A DNA stretch of 64,000 nt from an uncultured delta proteobacterium. GTDB taxonomy: Bacteria; Myxococcota_A; Polyangia; Haliangiales; Haliangiaceae. The notes below the pieces were generated by a model. That model was not told the DNA's origin, searched no databases, and saw only the letters and a list, made by a program, of their open reading frames with translations. The stretch spans positions 1-64,000 of the forward strand of contig CAWKDB010000011.1 of the NCBI GenBank assembly GCA_963848295.1, in the 5' to 3' direction. Position 1 is the first letter of the stretch; each line of letters begins with the position of its first letter. The position numbers were made by a program, and so were the translations under genes. This document shows, piece after piece, positions 1 to 11,304 of the stretch.

Positions 1-2
1 AG

Positions 3-76
<74 letters not shown>

Positions 77-189
77 TCAAGTTGTCAGTGGCGAACTTTT
101 GGCACGGGGCCGCGGCGGCGTCAAGCGCGGATCTGAGATGATGGCTTTGGGGCGGTCGGATCGGTCAGGTCCCGCCACAGGAGTCGACG

Positions 190-1317
190 ATGGAGCTCGC
201 GACGTTTCGCTATAGCCGTGGCGCGTGGTCGGGGACGTTTCCCGAGCTCGATTCGGCAAATACGATGGTGGTTGCGTTCGCCGCCCCGGCGATGGGCGAG
301 CGCCCCGAGCTGCTCGCGGCCCTCGGCGCGGCCTATCCGCGTAGCGCGGTGATCGGCTGCTCTACGTCGGGCGAGATCGATCGTACGCGCATCGTCGACG
401 AGTCGATCACGGTCGCGGCGGTGCGATTTGCCGGCACGCGGGTGCAACGCGCGATCGCCCGCCTGCAGTCGGCGGCGGATTCGCACGGCGCGGGTGTCGC
501 GATCGCGGAGGCGCTGCTCGCGCCGGATCTGCGCGCGGTGCTCGTGTTGTCCGAGGGGGTGCGCGTCAACGGCAGCGAGCTCGTACGCGGGCTCAACAGT
601 CGGTTGCCGGAGCATGTGGTCGTCACCGGCGGGCTCGCCGGCGATGGCGATCGGTTTGCGAAGACTTGGGTGCTCGCCGATGGCAAGGCAGAGTCGAATG
701 CGGTGGTCGCGATCGGGCTGTACGGCGATCGCGTGCGGGTCAGCCACGGGTCGAAGGGCGGCTGGGACACGTTCGGGCCCGAGCGCGTCGTGACGAAGTC
801 GACGGGCAACGTGCTGTACACGCTCGATGGCAAGCCGGCGCTCGCGCTGTACAAGGAGTATCTCGGCGATCGCGCCGCCGGCCTGCCGGGTTCGGCGCTG
901 CTGTTTCCACTCGCGCTGCGCGGTTCGACCGACGATCAGAACAGCGTCGTGCGCACCGTGCTCGCGGTCGACGAGGAGACGCAGTCGATGACGTTTGCCG
1001 GCGATATTCCGACCGGGCACTACGCGAAGCTGATGCGCGCGAACTTCGATCGACTGATCCTCGGCGCGCAGGCCGCAGGCTCGGCCGCGATCGCGAGCCA
1101 TGGCTCGCCGGCGCTGTCGATCGCGATCAGCTGCGTCGGTCGGCGGCTCGTGCTCGGCGAACGAACGGAAGAAGAGACCGAGGCGGCGCTCGAGGTGCTG
1201 CCGGCGGGCACCGAGCAGATCGGGTTCTACTCGTACGGCGAGATTTCGCCGCACACGTCGGGGCGGTGCGATCTGCACAACCAGACGATGACGCTCACGG
1301 TCCTGAGCGAGGCGTAG
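190..1317 (+). CDS. FIST N/C-domain signal transduction protein (NosP-like)
   Basis: Motifs IGCSTSGEI, GGLAGDG, SCVGRR, GFYSYGEI, LHNQT; first gene of a kinase operon. Confidence 0.9.
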   Translation: MELATFRYSRGAWSGTFPELDSANTMVVAFAAPAMGERPELLAALGAAYPRSAVIGCSTSGEIDRTRIVDESITVAAVRFAGTRVQRAIARLQSAADSHGAGVAIAEALLAPDLRAVLVLSEGVRVNGSELVRGLNSRLPEHVVVTGGLAGDGDRFAKTWVLADGKAESNAVVAIGLYGDRVRVSHGSKGGWDTFGPERVVTKSTGNVLYTLDGKPALALYKEYLGDRAAGLPGSALLFPLALRGSTDDQNSVVRTVLAVDEETQSMTFAGDIPTGHYAKLMRANFDRLILGAQAAGSAAIASHGSPALSIAISCVGRRLVLGERTEEETEAALEVLPAGTEQIGFYSYGEISPHTSGRCDLHNQTMTLTVLSEA

Positions 1318-1322
1318 CGCTG

Positions 1323-2669
1323 GTGGCGACGGGCGCGCATCCCCTGCTTCGCCGCTTGTTACACAAGGTCGACGCGACCGCCGAGACGGCGCCGTCGGTC
1401 GAAGCGTGGCAGCGGATGCTCGCGTTGGTCGCGCGCACGTTTCACGACGCCGATCAGGACCGTTACACGCTCGAACGGTCGATCGAGATCTCGTCGCGCG
1501 AGATGCAGGGTCTGTATCAAGACTTGCAGGAGCGGACCCAGAGCGAGCTCGCGGTCGAGCGCCGGCGCGTCGAGGATGCGAACGCGGTGTTGCGCGCGAC
1601 GCTCGAGTCGACGACCGAAGGCATCATCGTCGTCGATCGCAAGCGCCGGGTGATCGCGGCGAATCGGCGCTACTCCGAGATGTTCGACGTGCCCGAAGAC
1701 CTGGTCGCGAGCGGGGACAACCACGCGACCGCGAGCCGTGCGGCGCGGTTGCGGCGCGATCCGGACGACGCGCTCGACGAGATCGAAGCGATCTACGCGT
1801 CCGACGCGGTGTTTCACGGAGAGGTCGAGATGGCGAACGGCGCGATCATCGACCGGTACAGCGCGCCGGTGCGATTGCCGGACGGCCAGCCGGTCGCGCG
1901 CGTGACGTTCTTTCGCGACGTCACGGCCGAACGAGAGGCGAGCGCACAGATCGAAGCCGCGCTCGAGGCGGCCGAAGCGGCGAGCCAGGCGAAGTCGATG
2001 TTCCTCGCGAACATGAGCCACGAGTTGCGCACGCCGCTCAACGCGGTGATCGGGCTCGCCGATCTGCTGTTGCTCGCGGGTGGAGATCCGGTGACGGCGC
2101 GGCAGCAGGAGTACCTCGAGGGGATCGTGCAGAGCGGACGGCACTTGCTCGCGATGGTCAACGACGTGCTCGACCTCGCGAAGATCGAGGCCGGCAAGCA
2201 CGGCATCGAGCGCGAGCCGCTCGAGGTCTCGAGCGCGCTGGAAGACGCAGCGGTGGTGCTGGCGCCGCTCGCGCGCGGCCGCGGCGTGACGATCGCGACG
2301 CACGTGGCCGAAGGCGTGCCCACGCTGTCCGCCGATCCGATCCGGCTGCGCCAGATTCTCTACAACTTGCTGTCGAATGCGATCAAGTTCACCGATCGCG
2401 GCGGTAGCGTGCAGCTCGACGCGCGGTGCGAAGGCGCGATGGTGGCGATCGCGGTCGCCGATACCGGGATCGGGATCTCGAGTGCGGATCTGTCACGGCT
2501 GTATCGCGCGTTCGAGCAACTCGCCTTGCCGTCCGGCGATCGGCCCGGCGGCACCGGGCTCGGGCTCGCACTCACGAAGCGCCTGGTCGAGATGCACGGT
2601 GGTACGATCGATGTCGCCAGCGAGCTCGGCACGGGGACGACGTTCACCGTTCGATTGCCGGTGGTGTGA
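1323..2669 (+). CDS. PAS-domain sensor histidine kinase
   Basis: H-box FLANMSHELRTPLN, N-box NLLSNAIKFT, DTGIGI and GTGLGL. GTG start inferred at 1323. Confidence 0.9.
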   Translation: MATGAHPLLRRLLHKVDATAETAPSVEAWQRMLALVARTFHDADQDRYTLERSIEISSREMQGLYQDLQERTQSELAVERRRVEDANAVLRATLESTTEGIIVVDRKRRVIAANRRYSEMFDVPEDLVASGDNHATASRAARLRRDPDDALDEIEAIYASDAVFHGEVEMANGAIIDRYSAPVRLPDGQPVARVTFFRDVTAEREASAQIEAALEAAEAASQAKSMFLANMSHELRTPLNAVIGLADLLLLAGGDPVTARQQEYLEGIVQSGRHLLAMVNDVLDLAKIEAGKHGIEREPLEVSSALEDAAVVLAPLARGRGVTIATHVAEGVPTLSADPIRLRQILYNLLSNAIKFTDRGGSVQLDARCEGAMVAIAVADTGIGISSADLSRLYRAFEQLALPSGDRPGGTGLGLALTKRLVEMHGGTIDVASELGTGTTFTVRLPVV

Positions 2670-3040
2670 TGGCGAAGATTCTCGTAGTCGAGGACGATCC
2701 GTGGAGCCAGCGCATCGTGTGCGAGCTGCTCCAGATGCGCGGCCACGAGGTGCTCCCGGCGTTCGACGTGGCCACGGCGCGCACGCTGCTCGCCCGACAG
2801 CCCGAGCTCGTCCTGCTCGACATCCACGTGCCGGGGGGCGGCGGCGAGACGTTGCTGCGCGAGATCCGAGCGACTGCCGGGCTCGCGACGCTGCCGGTGA
2901 TCGCGCTGACCGCGTCGGCGATGTCCGGCGATCGCGAGCGGTTGCTGCGCATCGGGTTCACCGCGTACATGAGCAAGCCGATCGACGTGCGCTCGTTCGG
3001 CGCCACGATTGAGGCGTATGCGAAGCCGAGGCCGGCGTGA
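2669..3040 (+). CDS. single-domain response regulator (DivK/CheY-like)
   Basis: ILVVEDD, LLDIHVP, IALTA, SKP; TGATG overlap with the kinase gene. Confidence 0.9.
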   Translation: MAKILVVEDDPWSQRIVCELLQMRGHEVLPAFDVATARTLLARQPELVLLDIHVPGGGGETLLREIRATAGLATLPVIALTASAMSGDRERLLRIGFTAYMSKPIDVRSFGATIEAYAKPRPA

Positions 3041-4137
3041 GCGAGCGCGAGGTGGTCCTCGTCGTCGACGATTCGCCGCACAACCGGATGGTGGCCGCGG
3101 GCCATCTCGAAGCGGCGGGGTACGAAGTCATCGCGGCCGTGAGCGGCGAGGAGGCGCTCGACCAGCTGCGAGCGCGCGCGGTCGCGCTGGTCGTGCTCGA
3201 CGTCCTGATGCCCGGTATTGGCGGGTTCGAGACGTGTCGGCGGATTCGCGCGACTCGAGAGCTCGCCGACACGCCCGTGCTGTTTCTCACAGCGCTCGGC
3301 GATCGCGACACGACGACCCCGGCGATCGACGCCGGCGGGGACGATCTGCTCGGCAAGCCGTTTGTTCGCGCCGAGCTGCTGTTGCGCGTGCGCGCGCTGA
3401 TCCGTCAACGCCGGATGACCGACGAGCTACGGGCCGCGATCCAGACGCTCGCCGATCAAAACGAACGGCTGCGCCAGGCCGAGCACGACAAGCGCAAGAT
3501 CAGTCAGCTCGTCGTCCACGATCTCAAGGGGCCGCTCGCCGCGATCCTCGGTAACGCGGAGCTGCTGAAGGAGTCGATCACGGACGGCGATCTCGGCGAG
3601 GCGGCGAGCGACATCATCGTCGCGGCGATGCACCTCGACGCCACGACGCGCTCGCTCCTCGACATCTCACGCGCGGAGGACGGCGTGATGGCACCGCGAC
3701 TCGAGTCGTTCGATCTCCCCGCGCTCGCCGCCGAGGTCGCCGCTTCGCTGCGCGGATTCGGGCGCTACACGAACGTCAAGATCGAGGCGGCGGTCACGGT
3801 TGCCACGCTCGTCGCGGATCGCGACCTGACGCGGAGAATCTTGCAGAACCTCGTGCACAACGCGGTCAAGCACGCGCCCGAGAGCTCCGCGGTGCGGATC
3901 GAAGCCGATCGCGACGGCGATGCGGTGACCCTGCGCGTGCTCGATGAAGGCCCGGGGGTGGCCGATGTCGAGGCGGAGCGCTTGTTCGAGCGCTACGTCA
4001 GCCACGATGTCGGCGGCCACGGCCTGGGCCTGGCGTTCTGCCGGCTCGCGGCCGAAGCCCATGGCGGCACGATCTGGGTCGAAGGTCGCAGGCCGCGTGG
4101 CGCGTCGTTCTGCGTGCGACTGCCGCAGCCTACTTAG
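3037..4137 (+). CDS. hybrid receiver-histidine kinase
   Basis: N-terminal receiver (VVDD, LDVLMP, KP), H-box VHDLKGPL, NAVKH, DEGPG, GLGL. Confidence 0.9.
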   Translation: MSEREVVLVVDDSPHNRMVAAGHLEAAGYEVIAAVSGEEALDQLRARAVALVVLDVLMPGIGGFETCRRIRATRELADTPVLFLTALGDRDTTTPAIDAGGDDLLGKPFVRAELLLRVRALIRQRRMTDELRAAIQTLADQNERLRQAEHDKRKISQLVVHDLKGPLAAILGNAELLKESITDGDLGEAASDIIVAAMHLDATTRSLLDISRAEDGVMAPRLESFDLPALAAEVAASLRGFGRYTNVKIEAAVTVATLVADRDLTRRILQNLVHNAVKHAPESSAVRIEADRDGDAVTLRVLDEGPGVADVEAERLFERYVSHDVGGHGLGLAFCRLAAEAHGGTIWVEGRRPRGASFCVRLPQPT

Positions 4138-4702
4138 TCGCGATCGCGAGGTCATGCAGACCGGCTGCCTTCGCCGCCTCCATGACCGTGACGACCGCAC
4201 CGTGCGGAGCGGATGACGAGCTGCGAATCACGACCGTGGTCAGCGGATCAGTGTCGGCCGTTAGCCTGAACAGCTGATCCAGCTCTTCCCGGGTCAGTGT
4301 CCTACCGCCGAAGCTGACCTCGGAGCTCGCGGTCCCGTCGTCTGCGACGTCCACGGTTATCGTTGTGTGCTCGGGCGGCGGTGGCGGCGGGGGGTCGTCG
4401 TTCCTGAGAGCCTCGCGCTCGCGTTGTTCGTCGGGTTCGAGCTGTTTCGCGAGCCAGTCGGTCTGCTTCTCGCTCAGGTCCGAGCTGCAGCGGTGGACGC
4501 GCGAGCGGCGCTCGACCCACTTGAGGCAACGCCGCGCTTCCGCCGACCACGCGTCGCGCTCGCACGCACTGCCGATGGTGCTGGCGATGCTCACGCGGCT
4601 CGATCGCGGCGCGAAGTGGGCGAGCTCTGACGCGACGTCGTCGCAGCTCGGCGCGCCGTGGCACCCGGCGAGCAGCGCGCTCACGATCCACCAACGACGC
4701 AT
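4130..4702 (-). CDS. lipoprotein with C-terminal ExbD/TolR-like domain
   Basis: Lipobox LLAGC, Cys-rich N-terminus, poly-Pro linker, then VVIRSSSSAPHGAVVTVMEAAKAAG. Confidence 0.6.
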   Translation of the reverse strand: MRRWWIVSALLAGCHGAPSCDDVASELAHFAPRSSRVSIASTIGSACERDAWSAEARRCLKWVERRSRVHRCSSDLSEKQTDWLAKQLEPDEQREREALRNDDPPPPPPPEHTTITVDVADDGTASSEVSFGGRTLTREELDQLFRLTADTDPLTTVVIRSSSSAPHGAVVTVMEAAKAAGLHDLAIATK

Positions 4703-4751
4703 CGCCGGGAACGTACTACGCGCGCGCGACGCGTAGTAGGCTGCGCGGGCG

Positions 4752-5606
4752 ATGTCGCTGCTCGTCCTGGACTTCGACGGCACGATGACCGACGCCGAGA
4801 TCGAAGCGCGGCCATTTCGCGCCGGCTATCTCGAAGATCTGTGTGCGCTCGTCGCTCGCCCGGTCGGCGATCCGGAGGTCGCGGCGATCGCCGACCACGT
4901 CGAGGTCGAGCTGGCGCGCGCGCCGGAGCAGCACGCGTTCATGTGGCTCGGTCGCGCCGTCGCGCCCGCGTGCGTCGATCCGTATCTGCGCATGGTGCCG
5001 ATCGCGAGCCGGATCCTCGACCGGTTCGGCGCCCTGATGAATCCGGACGATCGTGCGCGCCTGCTCGGTGGCGTGCTCTACAAGTACAACTATCAGAAGA
5101 CGATCGGCCACCCCGCGTTTCGCGCCGGAGCCGGAGCCGTGCTGCAAGCGCTCGCCGGTACCGCGACGTGGATCGTCACGAACTCGGACAGCCATGCGGT
5201 CGCCGGCAAGATCGCGGCGCTCGATCATTCGGCGCCCGGGGTGGCGTGGCTCACCAGTCGCGTGCGCGGCTACGCGCGCAAGTTCGACGTCGACGACGCG
5301 TGGACCGGCGTGCCCGCGGAGCTCGCCCTGCCCGGCCTCGCGCGGCCGGTGTTGCTGCGCCGCCGCGCCTACCACGACATCCTGCGCGGTCTACTCGACG
5401 AGGCGGGCGCGAAGTTCGCAGACCTCGTGGTGATCGGCGACATCTTCGAGCTCGATCTCGCCATGCCACTCGCGCTCGGCGCCCGGGTCGGCCTCGTCGC
5501 GTCGGCGCATACGCCCGGTTACGAGCGCGCGTACGTCGCGGCGCATCCCCGCGGGCTCGTGATCGACGAGCTGTCGCAGATTCCGGAGTTCGCGCGTCTG
5601 GGGTAG
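4752..5606 (+). CDS. HAD-superfamily hydrolase
   Basis: Motif I LDFDGT, IVTNS, motif IV VIGDIFELD. Confidence 0.75.
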   Translation: MSLLVLDFDGTMTDAEIEARPFRAGYLEDLCALVARPVGDPEVAAIADHVEVELARAPEQHAFMWLGRAVAPACVDPYLRMVPIASRILDRFGALMNPDDRARLLGGVLYKYNYQKTIGHPAFRAGAGAVLQALAGTATWIVTNSDSHAVAGKIAALDHSAPGVAWLTSRVRGYARKFDVDDAWTGVPAELALPGLARPVLLRRRAYHDILRGLLDEAGAKFADLVVIGDIFELDLAMPLALGARVGLVASAHTPGYERAYVAAHPRGLVIDELSQIPEFARLG

Positions 5607-5615
5607 GCTGCGACC

Positions 5616-6471
<856 letters not shown>

Positions 6472-6479
<8 letters not shown>

Positions 6480-7320
6480 GCTCCCTGGCGAAGACGGCGA
6501 GCTCGGCAAGGAGCTCGCGACGGCGTTCGAGCTCGCTCGTGCCGCCGGCCGTGAAGCGGTGCGCCTGCGCGGAGGCGAGCTCGGCGTCGAGATGAAGCCG
6601 GGCGACGAGCCGGTGACGATCGCGGATCGGCGCGCGTCGGAGCTCATCCTCGCCGGGCTCGCGACCGCGTTCCCGAACGATCCGGTGATCTCCGAGGAGC
6701 TCTCGCCGGCGCCCGGCGCGATGTCCGGATCGCGGCTGTGGCTCGTCGATCCGATCGACGGCACGAAGGACTTCATCCGCGGCAGCGATGGGTTCTCGGT
6801 CATGATCGGCCTGGTGCGTGGCGGCCGGCCGGTGCTCGGCGTCGTCCATCAACCGACGACCGGTCGAACGTACTTCGCGACCCCCGATGGCGGCGCGCAT
6901 GTCACCGACGCCGGAGGCACGCGTCCGCTCGCGGTGTCGATCGTCTCGGACGCTCGTGAGGCCCGGCTCGTCGCCTCGGCCTCGCATCGCAGCGCCGACA
7001 TCGATCGCGTGAAGACCGCGCTCGGGATCAGCGACGAACAGAACATCGGGTCGGTCGGGCTCAAGCTCTCGCTGATCGCGACCGGCGTGCGCGATCTCTA
7101 TGTCAACCCGACACCGAAGACCAAGATCTGGGACACCTGCGCGCCGGAGGCGATCCTCGTCCGCGCGGGTGGCCGGATCACCGATCTGTTCGGCGATCCG
7201 CTGCCCTACGACGGGCCGCTCGGGCAGCCCCGGGGGCTCGTCGCCTCGAACGGCGCGGTCCACGCCGACGTGATCGCGAAGCTCGCCCCACTGTTCCGGC
7301 ACTTGCGGGGCCCTGCATGA
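6472..7320 (+). CDS. cysQ: 3'(2'),5'-bisphosphate nucleotidase / inositol monophosphatase family
   Basis: [39 protein letters not shown]. Confidence 0.8.
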
Positions 7321-7332
7321 TAGTATTCTTCA

Positions 7333-8256
7333 ATGGGGTTTCTTCGTCCGACCGCGGCGGTGGTCGCGGCCGCTCTGATCACGACACCGATCATCTCCGT
7401 CGCACAGCCCGCGCCGCCGACCACTAGCCAGAAGACCCAGGTCAGCGAGCTCGTCAAGAAGGCGATCGCGAAGAGCCAGGCCGGCGACCACACGAGCGCG
7501 ATCGACCTCTACCAGGAGGCGTTCATCGTGGTGCCGGTGCCGGTGCTGCTCTCGAACATCGCGACCGAGTATCAGGCTGCGGGCAAGCAGGTCGAGGCAC
7601 TCGACTACTTCTGCAAGTACCTGGCGGCCGACCCGGCCGGCAACAACGTGACGTATGCACTCGCGAAAGCGAAGTCGCTCGCGATCGAGCTGCGGCACAC
7701 GAACGACGTCGACGACAAGAACGTGTGCAAGCCGGCAGAGCCGGAGAAGCCAACGACGACCAATCCCGGCACGACGACCGAGACCGGCGCGGGTTCGGGC
7801 TCCGGATCCGGCGACACGACGACCGGCACCGACGCGATCAAGCACGAGCACCCGACAGCCGTCGAGCCGAGCGGTGATACCGGTGGCACGTTGCGGATCT
7901 CGGGAGCCGCGGTCGCCGGCGTCGGCTTGATCGTCGCGGCGGTCGGCGGTTACTACATCTACAAGAGCAAGCAGCTCAACGACGACGAATCGAACCACTG
8001 TCCGCCAGCGCCCGCCACGTGTCCGGCATGGCCCAGCACGCTCGACGGCGTGAAGCTCGGTGATCTCGCGACCACCGGCGACATGTACAACTCTCGCGCG
8101 TACGAATTTTCGATCGCAGGCGGCGCGGTCGTCGTGCTCGGCGGCGTCTTGCTCTACCTCGGCTATAACCGCAAGGGTTCCTCGGCCGAGCACGCGACGA
8201 TCCAGCCGATCGTCACGACGAGCTCCGCCGGGCTCGCGCTCAGCGGCGGCTTCTGA
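7333..8256 (+). CDS. exported TPR-like protein with C-terminal membrane segments
   Basis: Signal peptide, TPR-like helices, Thr/Gly linker and two hydrophobic segments. Confidence 0.6.
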   Translation: MGFLRPTAAVVAAALITTPIISVAQPAPPTTSQKTQVSELVKKAIAKSQAGDHTSAIDLYQEAFIVVPVPVLLSNIATEYQAAGKQVEALDYFCKYLAADPAGNNVTYALAKAKSLAIELRHTNDVDDKNVCKPAEPEKPTTTNPGTTTETGAGSGSGSGDTTTGTDAIKHEHPTAVEPSGDTGGTLRISGAAVAGVGLIVAAVGGYYIYKSKQLNDDESNHCPPAPATCPAWPSTLDGVKLGDLATTGDMYNSRAYEFSIAGGAVVVLGGVLLYLGYNRKGSSAEHATIQPIVTTSSAGLALSGGF

Positions 8257-8898
8257 TCACTGCTGGACGGTATCGAGCACGAGCTTGACGTTGTCGGCGG
8301 GTAGCGTGACGCGCGCCGAGCCGCTGACGTCGCCCGGCTGATGCGAGATCGCGTCGCCGTCGTGGTCGAACCTCGCGGTGACGACGACCTCACCGGTGAG
8401 CTCGGTCCCGGCGACCATCGCTTGAGCGTCGGTCAGCTCGAACGGCTCGCCATTGGTCCACGCCATCTTCTCGACCGCGAGCGGCGTGCCGACCGGCGCC
8501 CCGTCGGGGCCAGGGCGCTTGACGACGAGGAACACCGCGCCGCCGTCGGTGACGTGACTGGCGGCCTTCGGATCGACGCTGAGCGTGCCGCGGATGTACT
8601 TCGTCGGGTCGATCTTGCGGTTCGGATCGGGGGCGACCAGGCCGAGCTTCGAGACGTCGACGCCGCCGCCCGCGTGAGGATTCGTCGGGTCCCCGCCGAT
8701 CTGGCTCATATCGAGGCCTTCATGCGGGTTGACCGTGCCGGTCGCGCCCGAGTGCGCGGCGAGCGGGCCGGTCTCGTCGTCGGGTGCCATCGTGCCCGGG
8801 TCGGCCGACCAGCTCTCCGCCGGGGCCAAGCCGTCTTGCGTCTTGTGGCTACAGCCGATGGCCATGACGGCCCAAGCGATCGAGATGCAACGCTTCAT
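8257..8898 (-). CDS. lipoprotein with CcmI/CycH C-terminal-like domain
   Basis: Lipobox AIGC; PLAV...FELTDAQAM...VTARFDHDGDA...PGD pattern. Confidence 0.55.
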   Translation of the reverse strand: MKRCISIAWAVMAIGCSHKTQDGLAPAESWSADPGTMAPDDETGPLAAHSGATGTVNPHEGLDMSQIGGDPTNPHAGGGVDVSKLGLVAPDPNRKIDPTKYIRGTLSVDPKAASHVTDGGAVFLVVKRPGPDGAPVGTPLAVEKMAWTNGEPFELTDAQAMVAGTELTGEVVVTARFDHDGDAISHQPGDVSGSARVTLPADNVKLVLDTVQQ

Positions 8899-8917
8899 GG
8901 CGGCCTAGCTTAGCACC

Positions 8918-10696
8918 TCAGACCCACCGCGCCGTCGTCGTAACCGTCGCGAGGACTTGTGCCCCGGGATGCGGCTCGCCGAGCCACATGGCGTACCGCG
9001 CGCCTCCCTCGCCCGGATCGGCATAGCCGGTGATCTCCCACCGGGTCGGCGGTGCCGGCGCGAGCTCGGCGGCGACCTCGATCAGGCGATGGCGGCGGAA
9101 CACCGAGAGCACGACACCGCCGCCGGGTGTGCGCGCACCTAACAGCGAACGCAGATCCCCATCGCCGGTGACGCGGAACCCGTCGATCGCGATGATCTCG
9201 TCGCCGGGTGACAGTCCCGCGGCTTGTGCCGGCGCGCGGTCGAACACGCCGTTGACCTTCGAGCCCGAGGTCACGATGCCGAGCCACACCGCGTGCGCGC
9301 CGTCCGCGACCTGCGCCGGATCGGCAGAGCCTTTGAGCTCGAGCCCGACGTGTGCGAGCTCCCCGGCAAGCTGTGGATCCTCGGTGCCGCGGATCTGGCG
9401 CGCGAACACGTCGTCGAGCGAAAGGCCGGTCGCCTCCTCGAAGATCGGCTGCAAGTCGTCGGGGTGCGGGATCCGCGGTGCGCCGTATCGCGTCCACAAC
9501 ACGCGCAACACGTCGTCGAGCGAACGCGCCCCCTCGGTCCGCCGGCGGATCTCGAGATCCAACGCGAGCATCGCGAGCCCACCCTTCAGGTAGTAGCTGA
9601 CCGTCGTGTTGAGGTTCGACTCGTCGGGCTTGTACAGCTTGATCCACGCATCGAACGACGACTGCTCGAGGCTCTGCCGCGCGCGCCCGGGCGTCGCCTG
9701 CAGCCGCGCCCAATCGTCGAGCACCTTGTCGAGAAAGCTCTTCGCCGTGACGCGATCGCTCGAGCGCAGCGCGAACCGATCGTAGTGCGACGTGATGCCT
9801 TCCATCACCCACAGACACGGCGTGTACGCTTCGTGCGTGTAGTCGAATTCGAGCAGCGGGCGTGGCGCGATCCGCTTGCCGTTCCACGCGTGGAACAGCT
9901 CGTGCGACAGCAGCTCGAGCAGCCCTTCGTACGCCTTGCGCGACGCGCCCCAATGCGGATGGAACAGGTTCACGCTCGACGCGCGATGCTCGAGCCCGCC
10001 GTACGCCTCGTGCGACAGCATCAGGATGAACGTGTAGCGCTCGAACGGCGCCTCGCCGAACCGCGCGACGTGGTTGTCGACGATCGCGGCGAGGTCGCCC
10101 ACCAGCCGCGCTTCGTCGAACATCCCGCCGGGCGCGCGCTCGCCCCAGATCACGAGCTCCACCGGCAGCTTCGCGGGTACGACGTGCCGGCGGACGCGGC
10201 CGAGGTGCATCGGATGATCGTAGAGCTCGTCGATCGAGCCGGCGTGCAGCCGGGTGCCGGCGCCCGCCATCGCGGTCGCGAGCTCCCAGCCCGCGGGCAG
10301 CGTGACGCCGACGTCGACCGCGGCACCGCGTTGCGAGATCGGATAGACGAACGTCGCCGGCCCGTGCAGGAACGCGTGGGCCGCGTCGATGTGGTTCGTG
10401 CGGACGGTGAGGTCGTTGCCATAGACCGCGTAGCACACCGTCAGCTCGCGCGCGCCGTCGGCAGCGATCCGCCAGGTCTGCTTGTCGAGCTTGATGACGT
10501 GACGGGGAGCGCCGCCGTCGTCGACTGCGGTCAGGTCGCGCACGAACCGGGCGTAGTCGCGGATCAGGTAGCTGCCCGGGCACCAGGCGGGCAACGCGAC
10601 GTCGACGTGGTCGCCCTCGGCAGCCAGCGTCAGCGTGATCTGGGCGAGGTGTTGCTCGGGTGCGTCGAGCCGCACCGTGTAGCGGAGAGACGACAT
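8918..10696 (-). CDS. M61 family glycyl aminopeptidase with PDZ domain
   Basis: PAWCPGSY, GGLEH, SHELFHAWN (HExxH), EGITSHY, YYLKG, C-terminal GLSPGDEIIAIDG. Confidence 0.9.
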   Translation of the reverse strand: MSSLRYTVRLDAPEQHLAQITLTLAAEGDHVDVALPAWCPGSYLIRDYARFVRDLTAVDDGGAPRHVIKLDKQTWRIAADGARELTVCYAVYGNDLTVRTNHIDAAHAFLHGPATFVYPISQRGAAVDVGVTLPAGWELATAMAGAGTRLHAGSIDELYDHPMHLGRVRRHVVPAKLPVELVIWGERAPGGMFDEARLVGDLAAIVDNHVARFGEAPFERYTFILMLSHEAYGGLEHRASSVNLFHPHWGASRKAYEGLLELLSHELFHAWNGKRIAPRPLLEFDYTHEAYTPCLWVMEGITSHYDRFALRSSDRVTAKSFLDKVLDDWARLQATPGRARQSLEQSSFDAWIKLYKPDESNLNTTVSYYLKGGLAMLALDLEIRRRTEGARSLDDVLRVLWTRYGAPRIPHPDDLQPIFEEATGLSLDDVFARQIRGTEDPQLAGELAHVGLELKGSADPAQVADGAHAVWLGIVTSGSKVNGVFDRAPAQAAGLSPGDEIIAIDGFRVTGDGDLRSLLGARTPGGGVVLSVFRRHRLIEVAAELAPAPPTRWEITGYADPGEGGARYAMWLGEPHPGAQVLATVTTTARWV

Positions 10697-10719
10697 AGGC
10701 CGTGGGTAGCACAGCTGCT

Positions 10720-11304
10720 ATGATCGGCGCGATGTGGCCGGCGATCGTGATCGCGTGCGCGGCGCTCGGCTCGGTCGCCGAAGCGCGCCCGGGTCGCGTC
10801 GTGCGCGTCGAGCGCCGGGATACCATGGCCGGGCCTCCGGAGTACTGCACCGTGACCTCACCACAGTCGGCGACGTGTCACGGCCGAAGGCCAACGGTGG
10901 GCTCGCAGATCGAGCTGATCGACGACTCGAGCGTGTGGGCCACGTTGCGGGTCCTGGCGGTCGCTCAGGATGCGAGTTGCGAGACGCTGTGGCGCGTCCG
11001 CACCGACCGCATCGTCGCCACCGCGGTCCACGAACGCACGGTCGGCTTGATCGCGGGCGAGCTACCCGCGGAAGGCACGCACCGCATCGCCGGCGATATC
11101 GATCGGACGGCGCCGGGTGGTCGCGATGACGACCAGGTCGAAGCAGCGATCGCGCGCGGCGAACGGCTCGGCGCGCTCGTGATCACGCGCTACGAGTGCG
11201 ATGGCGATGGCGTTCGCGCCGCCGGCGGTCCCGCGGTGTGCTTCGATCTGTGGAACGGGCTCGATCACTCGACCCTCGTCGATCACGTAGTCAGCTGCGA
11301 ATGA
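10720..11304 (+). CDS. hypothetical exported Cys-containing protein
   Basis: Signal peptide; ATGA overlap with the next gene; start uncertain. Confidence 0.5.
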   Translation: MIGAMWPAIVIACAALGSVAEARPGRVVRVERRDTMAGPPEYCTVTSPQSATCHGRRPTVGSQIELIDDSSVWATLRVLAVAQDASCETLWRVRTDRIVATAVHERTVGLIAGELPAEGTHRIAGDIDRTAPGGRDDDQVEAAIARGERLGALVITRYECDGDGVRAAGGPAVCFDLWNGLDHSTLVDHVVSCE

